In this document: piece after piece, positions 46,733 to 57,210 of the stretch
Layout of the letters: the number at the start of each line of letters is the position of its first letter
Position numbering within the stretch: position 1 is the stretch's first letter
From: an uncultured virus (IMG/VR IMGVR_UViG_3300022934_002389)
Lineage: Duplodnaviria; Heunggongvirae; Uroviricota; Caudoviricetes
IMG/VR virus record: IMGVR_UViG_3300022934_002389
Coordinates: 62,001-126,000 of that record
DNA: 64,000 nt
Direction: 5' to 3' (one strand)
Notes under the pieces: generated by a model
Databases searched by the model: none
Told to the model about the DNA's origin: nothing
What the model saw: only the letters and a program-made list of their open reading frames with translations
Translations under genes and position numbers: made by a program

Positions 46733-48777
46733 TGATACATCCTCGCTTTTTCACCACTACTATTTTTAGCCCTCTTGCGTAGTGCTGTAACACTACCATT
46801 ACAACTAGCACCTGAACGCTTTACACGCCCTGGTCTGCTTTTGCCTTTTACTTTACCATCAGCAAAGTTTTCATTCATTCCAAGTTGATCAACCATTATT
46901 TCTAACGCTGAATCTACATCATTTAAACCATTTTCTTCTTTTGTTTTCTCATACCAACTTCTTACAAAGTTTGATGCTGCGTGTCCATAAGTATCTGGCG
47001 CCATCATCATTTGATAAAGAACTTGATCAGGTGCTTCTCGTTGAGACCTAACAAATTTTCTAAGACTATCTAAGTCTGTACTTTCATTATATGCTATATT
47101 TGTTGCTGCTTTTGCTTTTGCACCGTGTGGATGTTTAGGATTTATACCCACAGGTTCGCCATTTATAAGTTGTGAAATATCTACACTCTTGCCTAGTCTA
47201 TCTAGCAGTTGATGTAATTTGTCAGTGGGATCGTAATTACCGCTTTCATAACCACTTTTACCACGCACTTCGGTACGTTTACCTGTAGCAGTATCTACAA
47301 TGTGTAGTATCATTAGATCGCCGTCACGTTCTAATGTTAGTTTGTAACCTTCAGTAATTTTTTTTTTGGGTTTTGTCTTTTTTGGCTTTTCGTCTGAACT
47401 ATGACCAAAATACTTGTGAACTAATTTGTCTAGTTTTCTATGGAATTCATCTTCTTCATCCGGAGAAGCATCTTCAGATATGTCAATTGATTCGTCGGCC
47501 ATCTTTTTAACAAGTTCGTCACCTTTTTTCGTAAAGAATTTTTGTAGGGCAACACCTCCTAAGATCAATATTACTGCCATCATAATACTAAACTTGTTTG
47601 CAACAAGGAATTTAACCATTTCAGCACCAAGTATACTTTCAACCCAGTCCCATCCTTTTTTAGCATAATATGCCGCTGTGCCGCCTATTGCTATTTTGCC
47701 GCCATGCCGTCTAATTGCCCATTTGACTACAGGAACTGCGCCTCTCCTTGCAGCCCATCCTAAAACCCAACCTGCTGCTTTTGCACCTGCCCATAATACT
47801 GCTGGTGCAATTTCATTAACTTGTTGTTCATTGACATTATCTGCCATTCTGATACTGTGTTTTATGCCAATATTGTTAAAAAGTTTACTTGCATTTTGCA
47901 CACTTGTTAGTGCTCTTTTCATTCTATCTTGATATTTAGGATTGTTATCAAACTTTGAAATAAATTTCTTTGCTTCATCAGGTTTAACATATATAAGTTT
48001 GCCACTCCATGCAGCACCTTTCCTATAAAAACTTAAAAAATGTTCTTTACCGTCTGCGCGATCTGCAATCCAACTTAGTACTTTAATTTTATTAGGATCT
48101 TGGCTTTTTATACTTGTATTATCGTTACCTAAACCAAATAATTCTTTAACACTTTCTTCTGCTGGTGCTTCAGTATCTCCTAATGCTTGATTAAGTAGTT
48201 TTACAGCAACAGGAGCACCATTACCGTACATAAGTTTTGCGGCTTTTAATTTATCTTCGTCTGACATTTCAGGCCATGTTGCTCTAAGTTCACTAGCACT
48301 CTTAATTTGTATACCTGAAAAACCAAAATCTATAGTAGGACCATAGGCCATATAGCCCATTTCATCACTAGTTCTAAGATTTTTTCCTTTGTATGACCTT
48401 AAATAACCAGGCTCACCATTCTTCTTTGTTTGATCTGGCAACGGTTGTTCGCCTTTGTCTTTTAGACTTCGTACAAATACTATTGCTGCATCGTCTCCTA
48501 ACATGTCTTTATAACTGTTTAAGTTAAAAGGTGACTTGACTTGTATAAAACGCTCTGCAGGAACTCCTGCCATACTAGCAAGTTTCTTTTTTACATCGAA
48601 AGGAAATGGTCTAGTTTTAGTGTCTGCTGTTGCAGCAACATATACATTTTCACTGCCAAATGTTTTTGTTGCCCAATCATATAAACTTTTGTGACCAGGA
48701 TGAAAAGGATGAAATCCTCCAGGCATAATTGCAACAATTCGTCTTGCCTGTGCTTCAAATAGGTCACGGACGAACAT
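46693..48777 (-). CDS. Multi-module protein with N-terminal HxGH nucleotidyltransferase domain
   Basis: MFVRDLFEA leader (ATG 48777); GGFHPFHPGH, SASELR; hydrophobic middle module; basic Cys-containing C-terminus. Confidence 0.7.
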   Translation of the reverse strand: MFVRDLFEAQARRIVAIMPGGFHPFHPGHKSLYDWATKTFGSENVYVAATADTKTRPFPFDVKKKLASMAGVPAERFIQVKSPFNLNSYKDMLGDDAAIVFVRSLKDKGEQPLPDQTKKNGEPGYLRSYKGKNLRTSDEMGYMAYGPTIDFGFSGIQIKSASELRATWPEMSDEDKLKAAKLMYGNGAPVAVKLLNQALGDTEAPAEESVKELFGLGNDNTSIKSQDPNKIKVLSWIADRADGKEHFLSFYRKGAAWSGKLIYVKPDEAKKFISKFDNNPKYQDRMKRALTSVQNASKLFNNIGIKHSIRMADNVNEQQVNEIAPAVLWAGAKAAGWVLGWAARRGAVPVVKWAIRRHGGKIAIGGTAAYYAKKGWDWVESILGAEMVKFLVANKFSIMMAVILILGGVALQKFFTKKGDELVKKMADESIDISEDASPDEEDEFHRKLDKLVHKYFGHSSDEKPKKTKPKKKITEGYKLTLERDGDLMILHIVDTATGKRTEVRGKSGYESGNYDPTDKLHQLLDRLGKSVDISQLINGEPVGINPKHPHGAKAKAATNIAYNESTDLDSLRKFVRSQREAPDQVLYQMMMAPDTYGHAASNFVRSWYEKTKEENGLNDVDSALEIMVDQLGMNENFADGKVKGKSRPGRVKRSGASCNGSVTALRKRAKNSSGEKARMYHWCANMKSGKKKK

Positions 48778-49130
48778 TAGTACTCTCCGTTGCGGAAGTT
48801 TTCTATTTCGCCTCTTAGTATTTGATCGATTACCATCATCTTTTCTTCTCTTGTACACATCTCTTCGGGCATTTTTTTGATTTTAAATTTATTAACATAT
48901 TCTTTTATAGCACATTCGACAGTAGGAAGTAAAGACTTTTTATCGTATCTTTTGCCTTTTTTTACAACTTCTTGTACATCACACATTTTTGGATATAACT
49001 GGCGTCTATAAAATTCAGGATCATTCTTCATATACACCACTAAATCGTCAACAACGTTAAACGGAAGTTTATCTCCCGTTTTTGTATCCATGTCTTGGCT
49101 AAGATCGTGAAACTCGTTGATTTTTACCAT
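48777..49130 (-). CDS. Hypothetical protein
   Basis: MVKINEF leader (ATG 49130). Confidence 0.6.
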   Translation of the reverse strand: MVKINEFHDLSQDMDTKTGDKLPFNVVDDLVVYMKNDPEFYRRQLYPKMCDVQEVVKKGKRYDKKSLLPTVECAIKEYVNKFKIKKMPEEMCTREEKMMVIDQILRGEIENFRNGEY

Positions 49131-49882
49131 TTGCGGCAACTCCAGTAACGTGCTTTTGTTCTTGGTCCTGGATTATCACAGTTATGTCTAGCACGGAATG
49201 AACGTCTACGTGCTGGGTTAGACTTTTTGATCTTCATGTTTGGATCACCAAAGTTAACTTTCTTAATATTTTTAGTCTTTGGATCTCTTACATATACTTT
49301 GAACTTTTTAACATCGCCGCGCATAGGTTTGCCAAGTTTAACTTTGCGTCCTTGATATTCAGCTTCGTCCATTGATTTTCTATCACGTCTTAATTCTAAA
49401 TATTTTGTTCCACTAGTTGCTACCATACCCATTGCTTTTGCATCGTTTTGTGCTTGCATTTTATTTGTTATTGGATAGCTTTTTTTAACTTCTAGTGTTC
49501 CTGGATCATAGACAATATACATATTTCTATATTTTTCAAACTCTGATCTTTCTTCTAAACCTTCATCTTCATCTTCGTTGAACCACATGACACCGTAGTT
49601 TTCAAAAAACTCGTCGCCGTCATATGTTTCTTCAATATCTGAAATTTCTTCGTTAGCAGATATTTCAATATCAAAGTCGTCATAACCTTGTTCAAACATA
49701 TAATTTGCTAGGTGCTCTGCATATCCATCTGCTTCTTCTTCTGATAATTCCCTAGATAGAGGAATTTCAAAAACTGTTGCACCCTGTTCTGATTCAAAAA
49801 TGTCGTTGCCTGGAAAAATTGACTCATCTAACTTTTCAGCAATATCAGTTTTTTCCATGACTACTCGGATAAAATGTTCCAT
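49124..49882 (-). CDS. Modular acidic/basic protein, probable head-internal
   Basis: Acidic N-half; C-terminal VNFGD...RRSFRARHNC...ARYWSC; GATAAATA at 49918-49911. Confidence 0.65.
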   Translation of the reverse strand: MEHFIRVVMEKTDIAEKLDESIFPGNDIFESEQGATVFEIPLSRELSEEEADGYAEHLANYMFEQGYDDFDIEISANEEISDIEETYDGDEFFENYGVMWFNEDEDEGLEERSEFEKYRNMYIVYDPGTLEVKKSYPITNKMQAQNDAKAMGMVATSGTKYLELRRDRKSMDEAEYQGRKVKLGKPMRGDVKKFKVYVRDPKTKNIKKVNFGDPNMKIKKSNPARRRSFRARHNCDNPGPRTKARYWSCRKW

Positions 49883-49909
49883 GATCGATCCTTTGTAAAT
49901 TTACTAATA

Positions 49910-50608
49910 CTATTTATCTAGATCGTGTTTGTAAATTAGTTTATCGATCCTTGAAATATTACCACCTGCAAGTAGTTCAAACAATGTAAGTGCTTTGTCG
50001 TTCTTAATATAAACGTATTGCCCTTTTATCCAGTTTTTGTTTTTTATTTTTTGTAACAGTTTAGTGCCGCATTTGCATAAATTAGGATTTTTTACAATCC
50101 AATTAGCCATTTCAGGATTAACATTCTTGCCACCAAATGTAACTTTATAATCAAACTCTGTTTCTTTGTTAACAATAATTACATTTTTATTATTTTGCAA
50201 ATATTCTATCATATCAGGACTCGGCTTCCAAACTTTAATGTAGTCTGCTGATAAAGTATTGGCTAATTTGTCTATCAAACTCTCGTTGTTTGAATAAATG
50301 TTTAAGAAACTTTGCTCTATTCTAACAGTATAGTCTGTTTCATGCATTAGATTGGTAATGATTCTTTCGACATCTAATATCTCATTAGTATCAATAGAAA
50401 TATGTGAGTGACCAAATCTTGCGTTTACTTGAAATGTTTTACTTCCAGGAAAAATTCTTGCTTTAAATGAATTAAGTTCTCGTCTTGCGTACTGAAAGTT
50501 TTTCCCGTGCTGTATTTCAGTACGCAATATATGTGCTATATAAAGTCTTGTTTCTAATTTATATAGATATTTGTTATAATGTAGTTTTGTAGTCTCAGCT
50601 TGTTGCAA
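49910..50608 (-). CDS. Hypothetical protein
   Basis: 232-aa ORF. Confidence 0.65.
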   Translation of the reverse strand: MQQAETTKLHYNKYLYKLETRLYIAHILRTEIQHGKNFQYARRELNSFKARIFPGSKTFQVNARFGHSHISIDTNEILDVERIITNLMHETDYTVRIEQSFLNIYSNNESLIDKLANTLSADYIKVWKPSPDMIEYLQNNKNVIIVNKETEFDYKVTFGGKNVNPEMANWIVKNPNLCKCGTKLLQKIKNKNWIKGQYVYIKNDKALTLFELLAGGNISRIDKLIYKHDLDK

Positions 50609-52844
50609 TTACAGTACTCTCAACATTTAAGACGATGTCTTTGCCTTTTGCGTTGATTGATAGTTTACCACCGTCTTTCAAATCACCAAACAATAGCATT
50701 CTTGACAAAGGACGTTTAATATCTTTGTCAATAACACGCTGTAATGGTCTTGCACCCATTTTACGATCAAAGCCTTTGTCTACTAACAAATCTAATGCTT
50801 CGTCTGTAACAGAAACTTCTACGTTTTTATCCGCAACTTGATCTTTAAGTTCTTTTAAGAACTTGCCAACAATTTTTAACATCACAGGCTTACCAAGTTT
50901 AGCAAACGTAATAACGCCATCTAGCCTATTTCTAAACTCTGGTGCAAAGAATTTTTTCAATTCGCCATCTTCGTAGTCAGAACCGTCTGATTCTTCACCA
51001 AATCCGATAGCATTTTTCTCTGCTTCTCTTGCACCAAGATTTGTTGTTAGGATTAGGATACTGTTACGTGCATCTGCTTCCTTACCGTTGCTGCCAGTGA
51101 TCATACCGTTGTCCATAAGTTGCAATAAAACATTACTTACATCTGGGTGTGCTTTTTCAATTTCATCTAGCAACAACACACAGTTGGGATTTTCTTGCAG
51201 TTTGATAATCAACTGTCCTGCATCGTCTTCAAATCCTACATAACCTGGAGGTGCACCGATAAACTTTGCAACACTATGCTTCTCTTGATATTCACTCATA
51301 TCAAATCGTACAAGTTGTACACCTAAATGATGTGCAAGTTGTTTTGCTGTTTCTGTTTTACCTGTACCTGTCGGACCCATAAACACAAATGATCCAATCG
51401 GTTTATCTTCTGGTTTAAGTCCTGCTTGCGAAACAAGTATTTTATCAACAATACCTTCGATTGCTTCGTCTTGACCGTAAACACTACCTTTCATATTAGT
51501 TTCTAAATTAGCAAGATTTTCTGTCTCACGTTCTGCAACTTGCTCTTTTGGTATTTTAACCATTTTTGCAAGTTCAAATTGAATACTTTCTTCTGTGACA
51601 ATTTTATTTTCTGTCTGATTATTGACCTTGAACCTACTACATGCAACATCAATAACATCAATTGCTTTGTCAGGTAGTTTTTTATCTGCTTGATATTTGA
51701 TTGTAAGTTTTACTGCTGCTTCAATTGCTTCATCTGTAATTTCTACAGTATGAAATTCTTCATAATATTTCTTAATACCATGTAAAATATCTTTTGTAAT
51801 TTCTGCACTCGGCTCGTCAACAGTTACACGCTGGAATCTTCTCATAAGCGCACGATCTGATTCGAAGTACTTGCGGTACTCTTCCCAAGTAGTTGAAGCA
51901 ACAACTTTGATATTACCTTTAGACAATGCAGGTTTTAACATATTTGCTAAATCATTTGCACTATTACTTCCACCTGCGCCAGCGCCACTAATCATGTGTG
52001 CTTCGTCAATAAACATAATAGTTTTGCCTTTTTTCTGTAGTGCAGATAACACAAGTTTAAAGCGTTCTTCAAAGTCGCCGCGGTATTTTGAACCTGCAAG
52101 CATACTGCCGATATCAAGTGCATAAACATTGTATTCTTTTAAAAACTCTGGAACATCGTTGTTTACAATTTTCCATGCTAAACCTTCAGCAATAGCAGTT
52201 TTACCCACACCTGGATCGCCGACCATAAGCACATTTGATTTTGTGCGGCGTCCTAGTGCAAGTGCTAGTGATTCTATTTCGTCTTCCCGTCCGATAACAG
52301 GATCTATACGACCTTTTTTAACATCGGCATTGAGATCGTCAGTAAATGCTTTTAATGCTTTGTTAGCAATACCAGCATTTTCCATGTCTTCGTCTGCTAC
52401 TATATCTAATTCAAGTTCTGCACTCATATATTGGATAAACTTATCTTTCTGAATGCCTGCTTGTTGACATGCAAAGAACGCATAACTTCTTTTTTCGCTT
52501 AATGTACTAATAAAAACATCAGTAATTTCGATTTGATTGCGTCCTTGAAATAATACTTGTGCAAAAGCTCGATTTAAAACCCGCTCAACAGTGCCTGTCT
52601 TAACAGGTTTATATTTTTTTGCTTCTGTTTTAATTTCGTTTAATTTTGTTTTGAGATAATTTTCTACATTCTTTTTCAATAGGTCTACATCTGTATCAAA
52701 CCCTTTTAATGCTGTAGAAAATTGTTCTTCACACAGCATTGCAAACAGAAGATGTTCAAGAGTAACATATTCATGCTGTAATTTCTTTGCGTCTTTAACT
52801 GCCTTATCAAATACTACTTGTAATGCTTGGCTAGGTTCTACCAT
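50595..52844 (-). CDS. clpA: ClpA-like AAA+ unfoldase
   Basis: Clp N-domain; GDPGVGKT and GPTGTGKT; IGF ClpP-docking loop; GARPL. Confidence 0.9.
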   Translation of the reverse strand: MVEPSQALQVVFDKAVKDAKKLQHEYVTLEHLLFAMLCEEQFSTALKGFDTDVDLLKKNVENYLKTKLNEIKTEAKKYKPVKTGTVERVLNRAFAQVLFQGRNQIEITDVFISTLSEKRSYAFFACQQAGIQKDKFIQYMSAELELDIVADEDMENAGIANKALKAFTDDLNADVKKGRIDPVIGREDEIESLALALGRRTKSNVLMVGDPGVGKTAIAEGLAWKIVNNDVPEFLKEYNVYALDIGSMLAGSKYRGDFEERFKLVLSALQKKGKTIMFIDEAHMISGAGAGGSNSANDLANMLKPALSKGNIKVVASTTWEEYRKYFESDRALMRRFQRVTVDEPSAEITKDILHGIKKYYEEFHTVEITDEAIEAAVKLTIKYQADKKLPDKAIDVIDVACSRFKVNNQTENKIVTEESIQFELAKMVKIPKEQVAERETENLANLETNMKGSVYGQDEAIEGIVDKILVSQAGLKPEDKPIGSFVFMGPTGTGKTETAKQLAHHLGVQLVRFDMSEYQEKHSVAKFIGAPPGYVGFEDDAGQLIIKLQENPNCVLLLDEIEKAHPDVSNVLLQLMDNGMITGSNGKEADARNSILILTTNLGAREAEKNAIGFGEESDGSDYEDGELKKFFAPEFRNRLDGVITFAKLGKPVMLKIVGKFLKELKDQVADKNVEVSVTDEALDLLVDKGFDRKMGARPLQRVIDKDIKRPLSRMLLFGDLKDGGKLSINAKGKDIVLNVESTVIATS

Positions 52845-53355
52845 TTTTGTTCCTTTTTGCTTGCTTTTTTAAACCCATGTTAAGTTTTAGTCTGCTAACT
52901 CTATTAATGAATTGTATTCCTTGTAAGTGATCATATTCGTGTAAAAATATTCTACTGTCAATATCATTAAATTTTGTCTCTACATGTATAACATCTTTAT
53001 AGTCATTTGTCAACGTATCAAATTCAACAACACAACTAATTGGACGTCTTACTTTAAGTGTCAACCCCGGATGGCTTAAACACCCTTCAATTCCTTCTTC
53101 TAATTCTTTACTAATACCTTTAATGTGCGGATTTATTACAACGATTGTATCGCCGTATTTTTTATTTAACAAACATTTCATAACAAATATCTGCCCATTT
53201 ATTCCCACTTGATTTGCTGATAATCCTAACCCTCCTTCCTTTTGCATTAATTCAATCATTTCAAATGCAAGAGGTCTTGGATTGTCTGTAGCCAAATCAA
53301 ACTTTGGAACAGGATTTTCTAGTCTTGTATCAGGCGCTACGATTAATTGCATCAT
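52831..53355 (-). CDS. def: Peptide deformylase
   Basis: [18 protein letters not shown]. Confidence 0.92.
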   Translation of the reverse strand: MMQLIVAPDTRLENPVPKFDLATDNPRPLAFEMIELMQKEGGLGLSANQVGINGQIFVMKCLLNKKYGDTIVVINPHIKGISKELEEGIEGCLSHPGLTLKVRRPISCVVEFDTLTNDYKDVIHVETKFNDIDSRIFLHEYDHLQGIQFINRVSRLKLNMGLKKQAKRNKNGRT

Positions 53356-54160
53356 TTATTAATTTTACCTTTTCTAGCATATTAGGATCTTTTATTTTTG
53401 GTGTAATACCTTTCAACTTTACATATAAATTTCCTGTACGTCCTGTATTAAGTTCTGGCAAACCTTTTCCAGATATACTTAATATAGTACCTGGGTTTGT
53501 TCCTGCAGGGATATTCAATCTAACCATGCCTCCTTCTAGAGTTGGAATGTTTTTAGTTGTACCTGCTATAAATTCCAATAAATTGACCTTTTCTTCAATA
53601 TGTAAGTGTGCATTATCCCTTCTAAACCTAGGATGTTTAACAATGGCTATTTGCATAATCAAGTCACCTCTAGGTAAACTATGTGCAGAGTGATCTCCTA
53701 ATCCTCTGTATCTCATTAATTGACCATCCATTACACCAGGAGCAATTCTAATACTTGCACTTGTTTCTACACCATTCAACATATTATAAGTTGCAAGAAA
53801 ATCTTTACCTCGTAAAACATCTTCTAGTGTGAGACTTACCCGCAACCTAATATCTTTGTTTCTGACTGCACGATGTTGTTGTGCAAAACCTTGTCCAAAC
53901 ATACTGCCAAAAATATCATTAAAATTACCGAAGTTATCAGTAAACGCATTACCTTGAAAATTATTATTAGTTGCAGGATTGTCATACAACGATCTTTTTT
54001 CAGGATCTTTTAACGTATCATATGCTTCGTTAATTTGAGCGAACTTTTTGCCATCACCACCCTTGTCAGGATGGTGTTGCATTGCAAGTTTTCTATATGC
54101 TTTCTTTAATTCGTCTGACGTGGCGTCTTTGTTTACACCCAGTACGCTGTAATAGTCCAT
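53330..54160 (-). CDS. DnaJ-class co-chaperone without zinc finger (CbpA-like)
   Basis: DYY..LG, HPD, C-terminal DnaJ domain (GDL, GKGLP). Confidence 0.88.
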   Translation of the reverse strand: MDYYSVLGVNKDATSDELKKAYRKLAMQHHPDKGGDGKKFAQINEAYDTLKDPEKRSLYDNPATNNNFQGNAFTDNFGNFNDIFGSMFGQGFAQQHRAVRNKDIRLRVSLTLEDVLRGKDFLATYNMLNGVETSASIRIAPGVMDGQLMRYRGLGDHSAHSLPRGDLIMQIAIVKHPRFRRDNAHLHIEEKVNLLEFIAGTTKNIPTLEGGMVRLNIPAGTNPGTILSISGKGLPELNTGRTGNLYVKLKGITPKIKDPNMLEKVKLINDAINRSA

Positions 54161-54183
54161 ACTATTACTTATTTACTACTTTG

Positions 54184-54579
54184 TTATTTTTTGCTAGTTC
54201 CGGTGTATAGTCCAAACCATGCTGCGCCAGCACCTACAATTACGGAAATTAGTGCAGACTGATTCATGCTAGGATCAGGTAGTTCCATATACCATAAAAC
54301 TGTTTTGTAAAGCAAAAAGATATAAACTGTTAGGAATGCTCTTGGAAAAATCCTCCATGCATCTACTGCTTTTGCTAAATGTATAAGTTTAGCATAAGGA
54401 TTTGGTCCTAGATCTTTTACAGTTGTATCAACTTCCAAATCAAGTTTTACTTTCTTTGTTGCTCCTTCAGAACTTGCTGGAACTGCTACTGTAGAATCAT
54501 ATGTAGGCATTTCAGTCATTTGTTCTGCTTTTGCTTTAGGTGCTGCTGGTTTTAAATCTTCTGGTTTTTTACGCGGCAT
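54184..54579 (-). CDS. Two-TM membrane protein (holin candidate)
   Basis: Two C-terminal hydrophobic helices; downstream end of the lysis region. Confidence 0.45.
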   Translation of the reverse strand: MPRKKPEDLKPAAPKAKAEQMTEMPTYDSTVAVPASSEGATKKVKLDLEVDTTVKDLGPNPYAKLIHLAKAVDAWRIFPRAFLTVYIFLLYKTVLWYMELPDPSMNQSALISVIVGAGAAWFGLYTGTSKK

Positions 54580-55312
54580 TCTTAAGCCCTCCTTTTAAGT
54601 AATCAAACATTTGTTCCGCTATACGTTTATGTCCTTGAGGACTAGGGTGCGGATCTTGTTTTCCTATTATATCATAACTCATCGTTGGCATGATGTCTAT
54701 GTCTTTATATAATTCTCGGTATTCTGGTGGATATTGTTTTGGTACAGATCCGAACTGCATCCACCAATAAGTTTTAACATTAAAACTTTTAAATATCCTA
54801 TCTAATGATAAAACATGGCTGATACTTTCGTACATTCCTTGCACTTCGGTAAATGATCTTGTTCTGGCTTCGTGTATTGTTTTATTTGATGGAGGTAACG
54901 ACTTATGAAAATCGTTACCCCATACGTTTACCCTAACCCATTTTTTATCATCGTGTGTATAAGTATAATCTTTTCTTTTCCAAAAACGTCCATCTTCAAA
55001 CGGTACTTTAGTTTCTACATATTCATCCTTGCCTGTGTAATATTCCATCCTGAATGCTTCTGTAGTCTGTAAAACTGCAATTGTATTATCTAAGATTACT
55101 TGAGGTGTATTGACTAACCAGTCTATACTTGTCCTTACCATCCTTTGATTACTACCACAACCTTTAGCATGTTGAATCGGAGTTCTGTCTAACAATTGTG
55201 CTAGATAGTAAGGCCAAACTAGTTTTTCTCTATCGGCTTCTTTGTATCCGTGGTCTTCGTTAATACCGCCTCCCCATGTAAAACTACATCCGTTAGTGTA
55301 AAGATATTTCAA
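54569..55312 (-). CDS. SGNH-hydrolase-like protein
   Basis: NGCSFTWG, GSN, DPHP..GH. Confidence 0.5.
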   Translation of the reverse strand: MKYLYTNGCSFTWGGGINEDHGYKEADREKLVWPYYLAQLLDRTPIQHAKGCGSNQRMVRTSIDWLVNTPQVILDNTIAVLQTTEAFRMEYYTGKDEYVETKVPFEDGRFWKRKDYTYTHDDKKWVRVNVWGNDFHKSLPPSNKTIHEARTRSFTEVQGMYESISHVLSLDRIFKSFNVKTYWWMQFGSVPKQYPPEYRELYKDIDIMPTMSYDIIGKQDPHPSPQGHKRIAEQMFDYLKGGLKNAA

Positions 55313-56058
55313 TCCATGTTTCCTATGTGTTTAATATATTCAGTCATTGAATGATCGCCAAAGTTGTCAATTTTGCCCTGTTTGAGTCCCATCCACATAC
55401 CGCGCCAACGATCTTTAGTACGTTGCCAAGGTGTTAATGGACGAAACTTGCCATATGCGTTTATGTAATGTTCTGTACCGTGATGTTTGTAAGCCATAAC
55501 TGCTAATGGAACTCTTGTTACAATATCGTTATTATTAACAAATCTATGATGCTCTACACATAAACTTTTACAATAACCTTTCCAACCCACACGTGGAGAA
55601 CCGAATGTGTAAAGTTCTTCTACTGGATTAATGCCTTCGTACAAATGGCATCTGCTTGCCATAATAGTTGCCATTGCTGCACCTAAACTATGTCCACAGA
55701 ACCATAATTTTTTCTTTTCATTTGCTTTGCGATCAATATCTTCTAGTACCATTGGCCAAAGTTCGTCAACTTCTGCTTTAAAGCCTCTGTGTACTCTTGA
55801 TACTGTTTCTGCCATTACAGGCATTGCTTTTAAATCTGCCTTAATATCATTAAATTCGCTCGGCTGTGTTCCCCGGCAAGCAATAACTAAATCTTCTTTA
55901 TTCATGAAGCGCCAAGCTTGTGCGCCATCTTTATTATAAAACTCTGTTGTTGTAAAGCCTAGTTTTTTGGCTTCTTTCGTTGCATCATCTAAATATGCTA
56001 TACTTGCTAAACGTGCAAAAAGGAGACTGCGCTCCTTAAAATTCATTTCACTTATCAT
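55309..56058 (-). CDS. Class 3 lipase
   Basis: RGT, VHRGF, GHSLGAA, TFGSPRVG, DIVTRVP, DH. Confidence 0.88.
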   Translation of the reverse strand: MISEMNFKERSLLFARLASIAYLDDATKEAKKLGFTTTEFYNKDGAQAWRFMNKEDLVIACRGTQPSEFNDIKADLKAMPVMAETVSRVHRGFKAEVDELWPMVLEDIDRKANEKKKLWFCGHSLGAAMATIMASRCHLYEGINPVEELYTFGSPRVGWKGYCKSLCVEHHRFVNNNDIVTRVPLAVMAYKHHGTEHYINAYGKFRPLTPWQRTKDRWRGMWMGLKQGKIDNFGDHSMTEYIKHIGNMD

Positions 56059-56335
56059 TTTTGCCCTCCAAATCTGCTAAACGTTTTTCAATGCTATCAA
56101 TTTTTGCAGTTATTTTTGGATATTTTTTACGCCAAGCATCTTCCGGTTGTTCTAACCAAGTAAGGCCCCACCGTTCTACCAGATAATCTATTGCTCTATC
56201 TACTTGAGCATATCCCCATAACCCTATACGAGTTGTGCTTATGTATGCAACAAAAATTGCACCAAAAACTGACCCTGCTAGTGCTGTGTATATCCACAGC
56301 CTATCACTGGCCATCCTTTCTATCATTTCCCACAT
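56048..56335 (-). CDS. Small membrane protein
   Basis: One TM; ATG 56335 with GAGGG SD and TATAAATA upstream. Confidence 0.6.
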   Translation of the reverse strand: MWEMIERMASDRLWIYTALAGSVFGAIFVAYISTTRIGLWGYAQVDRAIDYLVERWGLTWLEQPEDAWRKKYPKITAKIDSIEKRLADLEGKNDK

Positions 56336-56846
56336 CGTTAACACCCTCTATTAACTGTGTGTATTTATACCTACGTATACCTAAAGCATGTTTAGGATTG
56401 TATAAATCATATCTAACTTCGTTTTTTTGATTTCCGCCTAGTATTACCCAATACGTTTGTCCGTTTACTGTCTGTGTTTCAGTGTAAAAACCTACATGTC
56501 CTTGCCAACCTCTATCGCCTCTAGGAAATATTACAACGTCACCACGTTGAATATTTTCAGGTTCTACTGGATCGCCCCAAGTTAAAAAACTTCGTGCCAT
56601 TAGAGGAACATCACTTACGCTTTCGCTGCCAGGTATACCGTCTAGTTCAAGTACAGCATTTACAAATGCCGCACACCATTCTGTACGAACAGGATCAACA
56701 CCTACAAATTCTTTGATTTGTTTCCTATCTTGACGTTCTTCTAAACCTATGAAAGGCTGTGCTGATACTACTGGATCCGGTTGAGATGCATTACATCCTG
56801 CTAAGACGCTCGTAAAACTAATCGTCCACAATAACTGCTTTATCAA
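56304..56846 (-). CDS. NlpC/P60-CHAP-like peptidoglycan hydrolase (TIGR02594-like), lipoprotein
   Basis: WCAAFVN, GHVGF, LGGNQ; lipobox LAGC with TTG start at 56846. Confidence 0.75.
   Translation of the reverse strand: MIKQLLWTISFTSVLAGCNASQPDPVVSAQPFIGLEERQDRKQIKEFVGVDPVRTEWCAAFVNAVLELDGIPGSESVSDVPLMARSFLTWGDPVEPENIQRGDVVIFPRGDRGWQGHVGFYTETQTVNGQTYWVILGGNQKNEVRYDLYNPKHALGIRRYKYTQLIEGVNDVGNDRKDGQ
56362..56369 (-). promoter_or_regulatory. Perfect T4-type late promoter TATAAATA
   Basis: Exact match 26 nt upstream of ATG 56335. Confidence 0.6.
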
Positions 56847-57210
56847 GTGCCTGTTCTGCCTCTTTATAATAACCTTCATAGGCTGCTATAATTGCTTGTT
56901 GTTGTTGAACCAACGCCCGTATATCTGAGAAGTTCAATCCTAGGTTACCGTAGCCTTCGCCCGTAAGTGCATACAGAGCAAATGCTTTGCCTTCGCTGTT
57001 TAGTTTGGCAATTACTGCGTCTACATTATTTTCATTGAGGACAATCCATTCAACATTCCGCATATTGAGTTCGTCAACAGGAGGAAGTTCCAGTGTTGGT
57101 TTTTCAACTGGTGATGTGGTTATTTCAATCTGCTGTGGTTTCGTTGAGCAGGCCGCGAGACTTATAAGTATCGTAAAGCCAAGGACACTCTTTGTTAAAA
57201 GCGATGCCAT
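56818..57210 (-). CDS. Outer-membrane spanin (Rz1-like lipoprotein)
   Basis: Lipobox LAAC, Pro-rich segment; overlaps the i-spanin end. Confidence 0.65.
   Translation of the reverse strand: MASLLTKSVLGFTILISLAACSTKPQQIEITTSPVEKPTLELPPVDELNMRNVEWIVLNENNVDAVIAKLNSEGKAFALYALTGEGYGNLGLNFSDIRALVQQQQAIIAAYEGYYKEAEQALDKAVIVDD

Noticed and set aside
48778..48858. N-terminal extension of the 721-aa ORF in the track (similar extensions at 2018, 39604, 41665, 59932)
   Set aside because: Most extensions overlap upstream genes, and downstream starts with better coupling or SD exist
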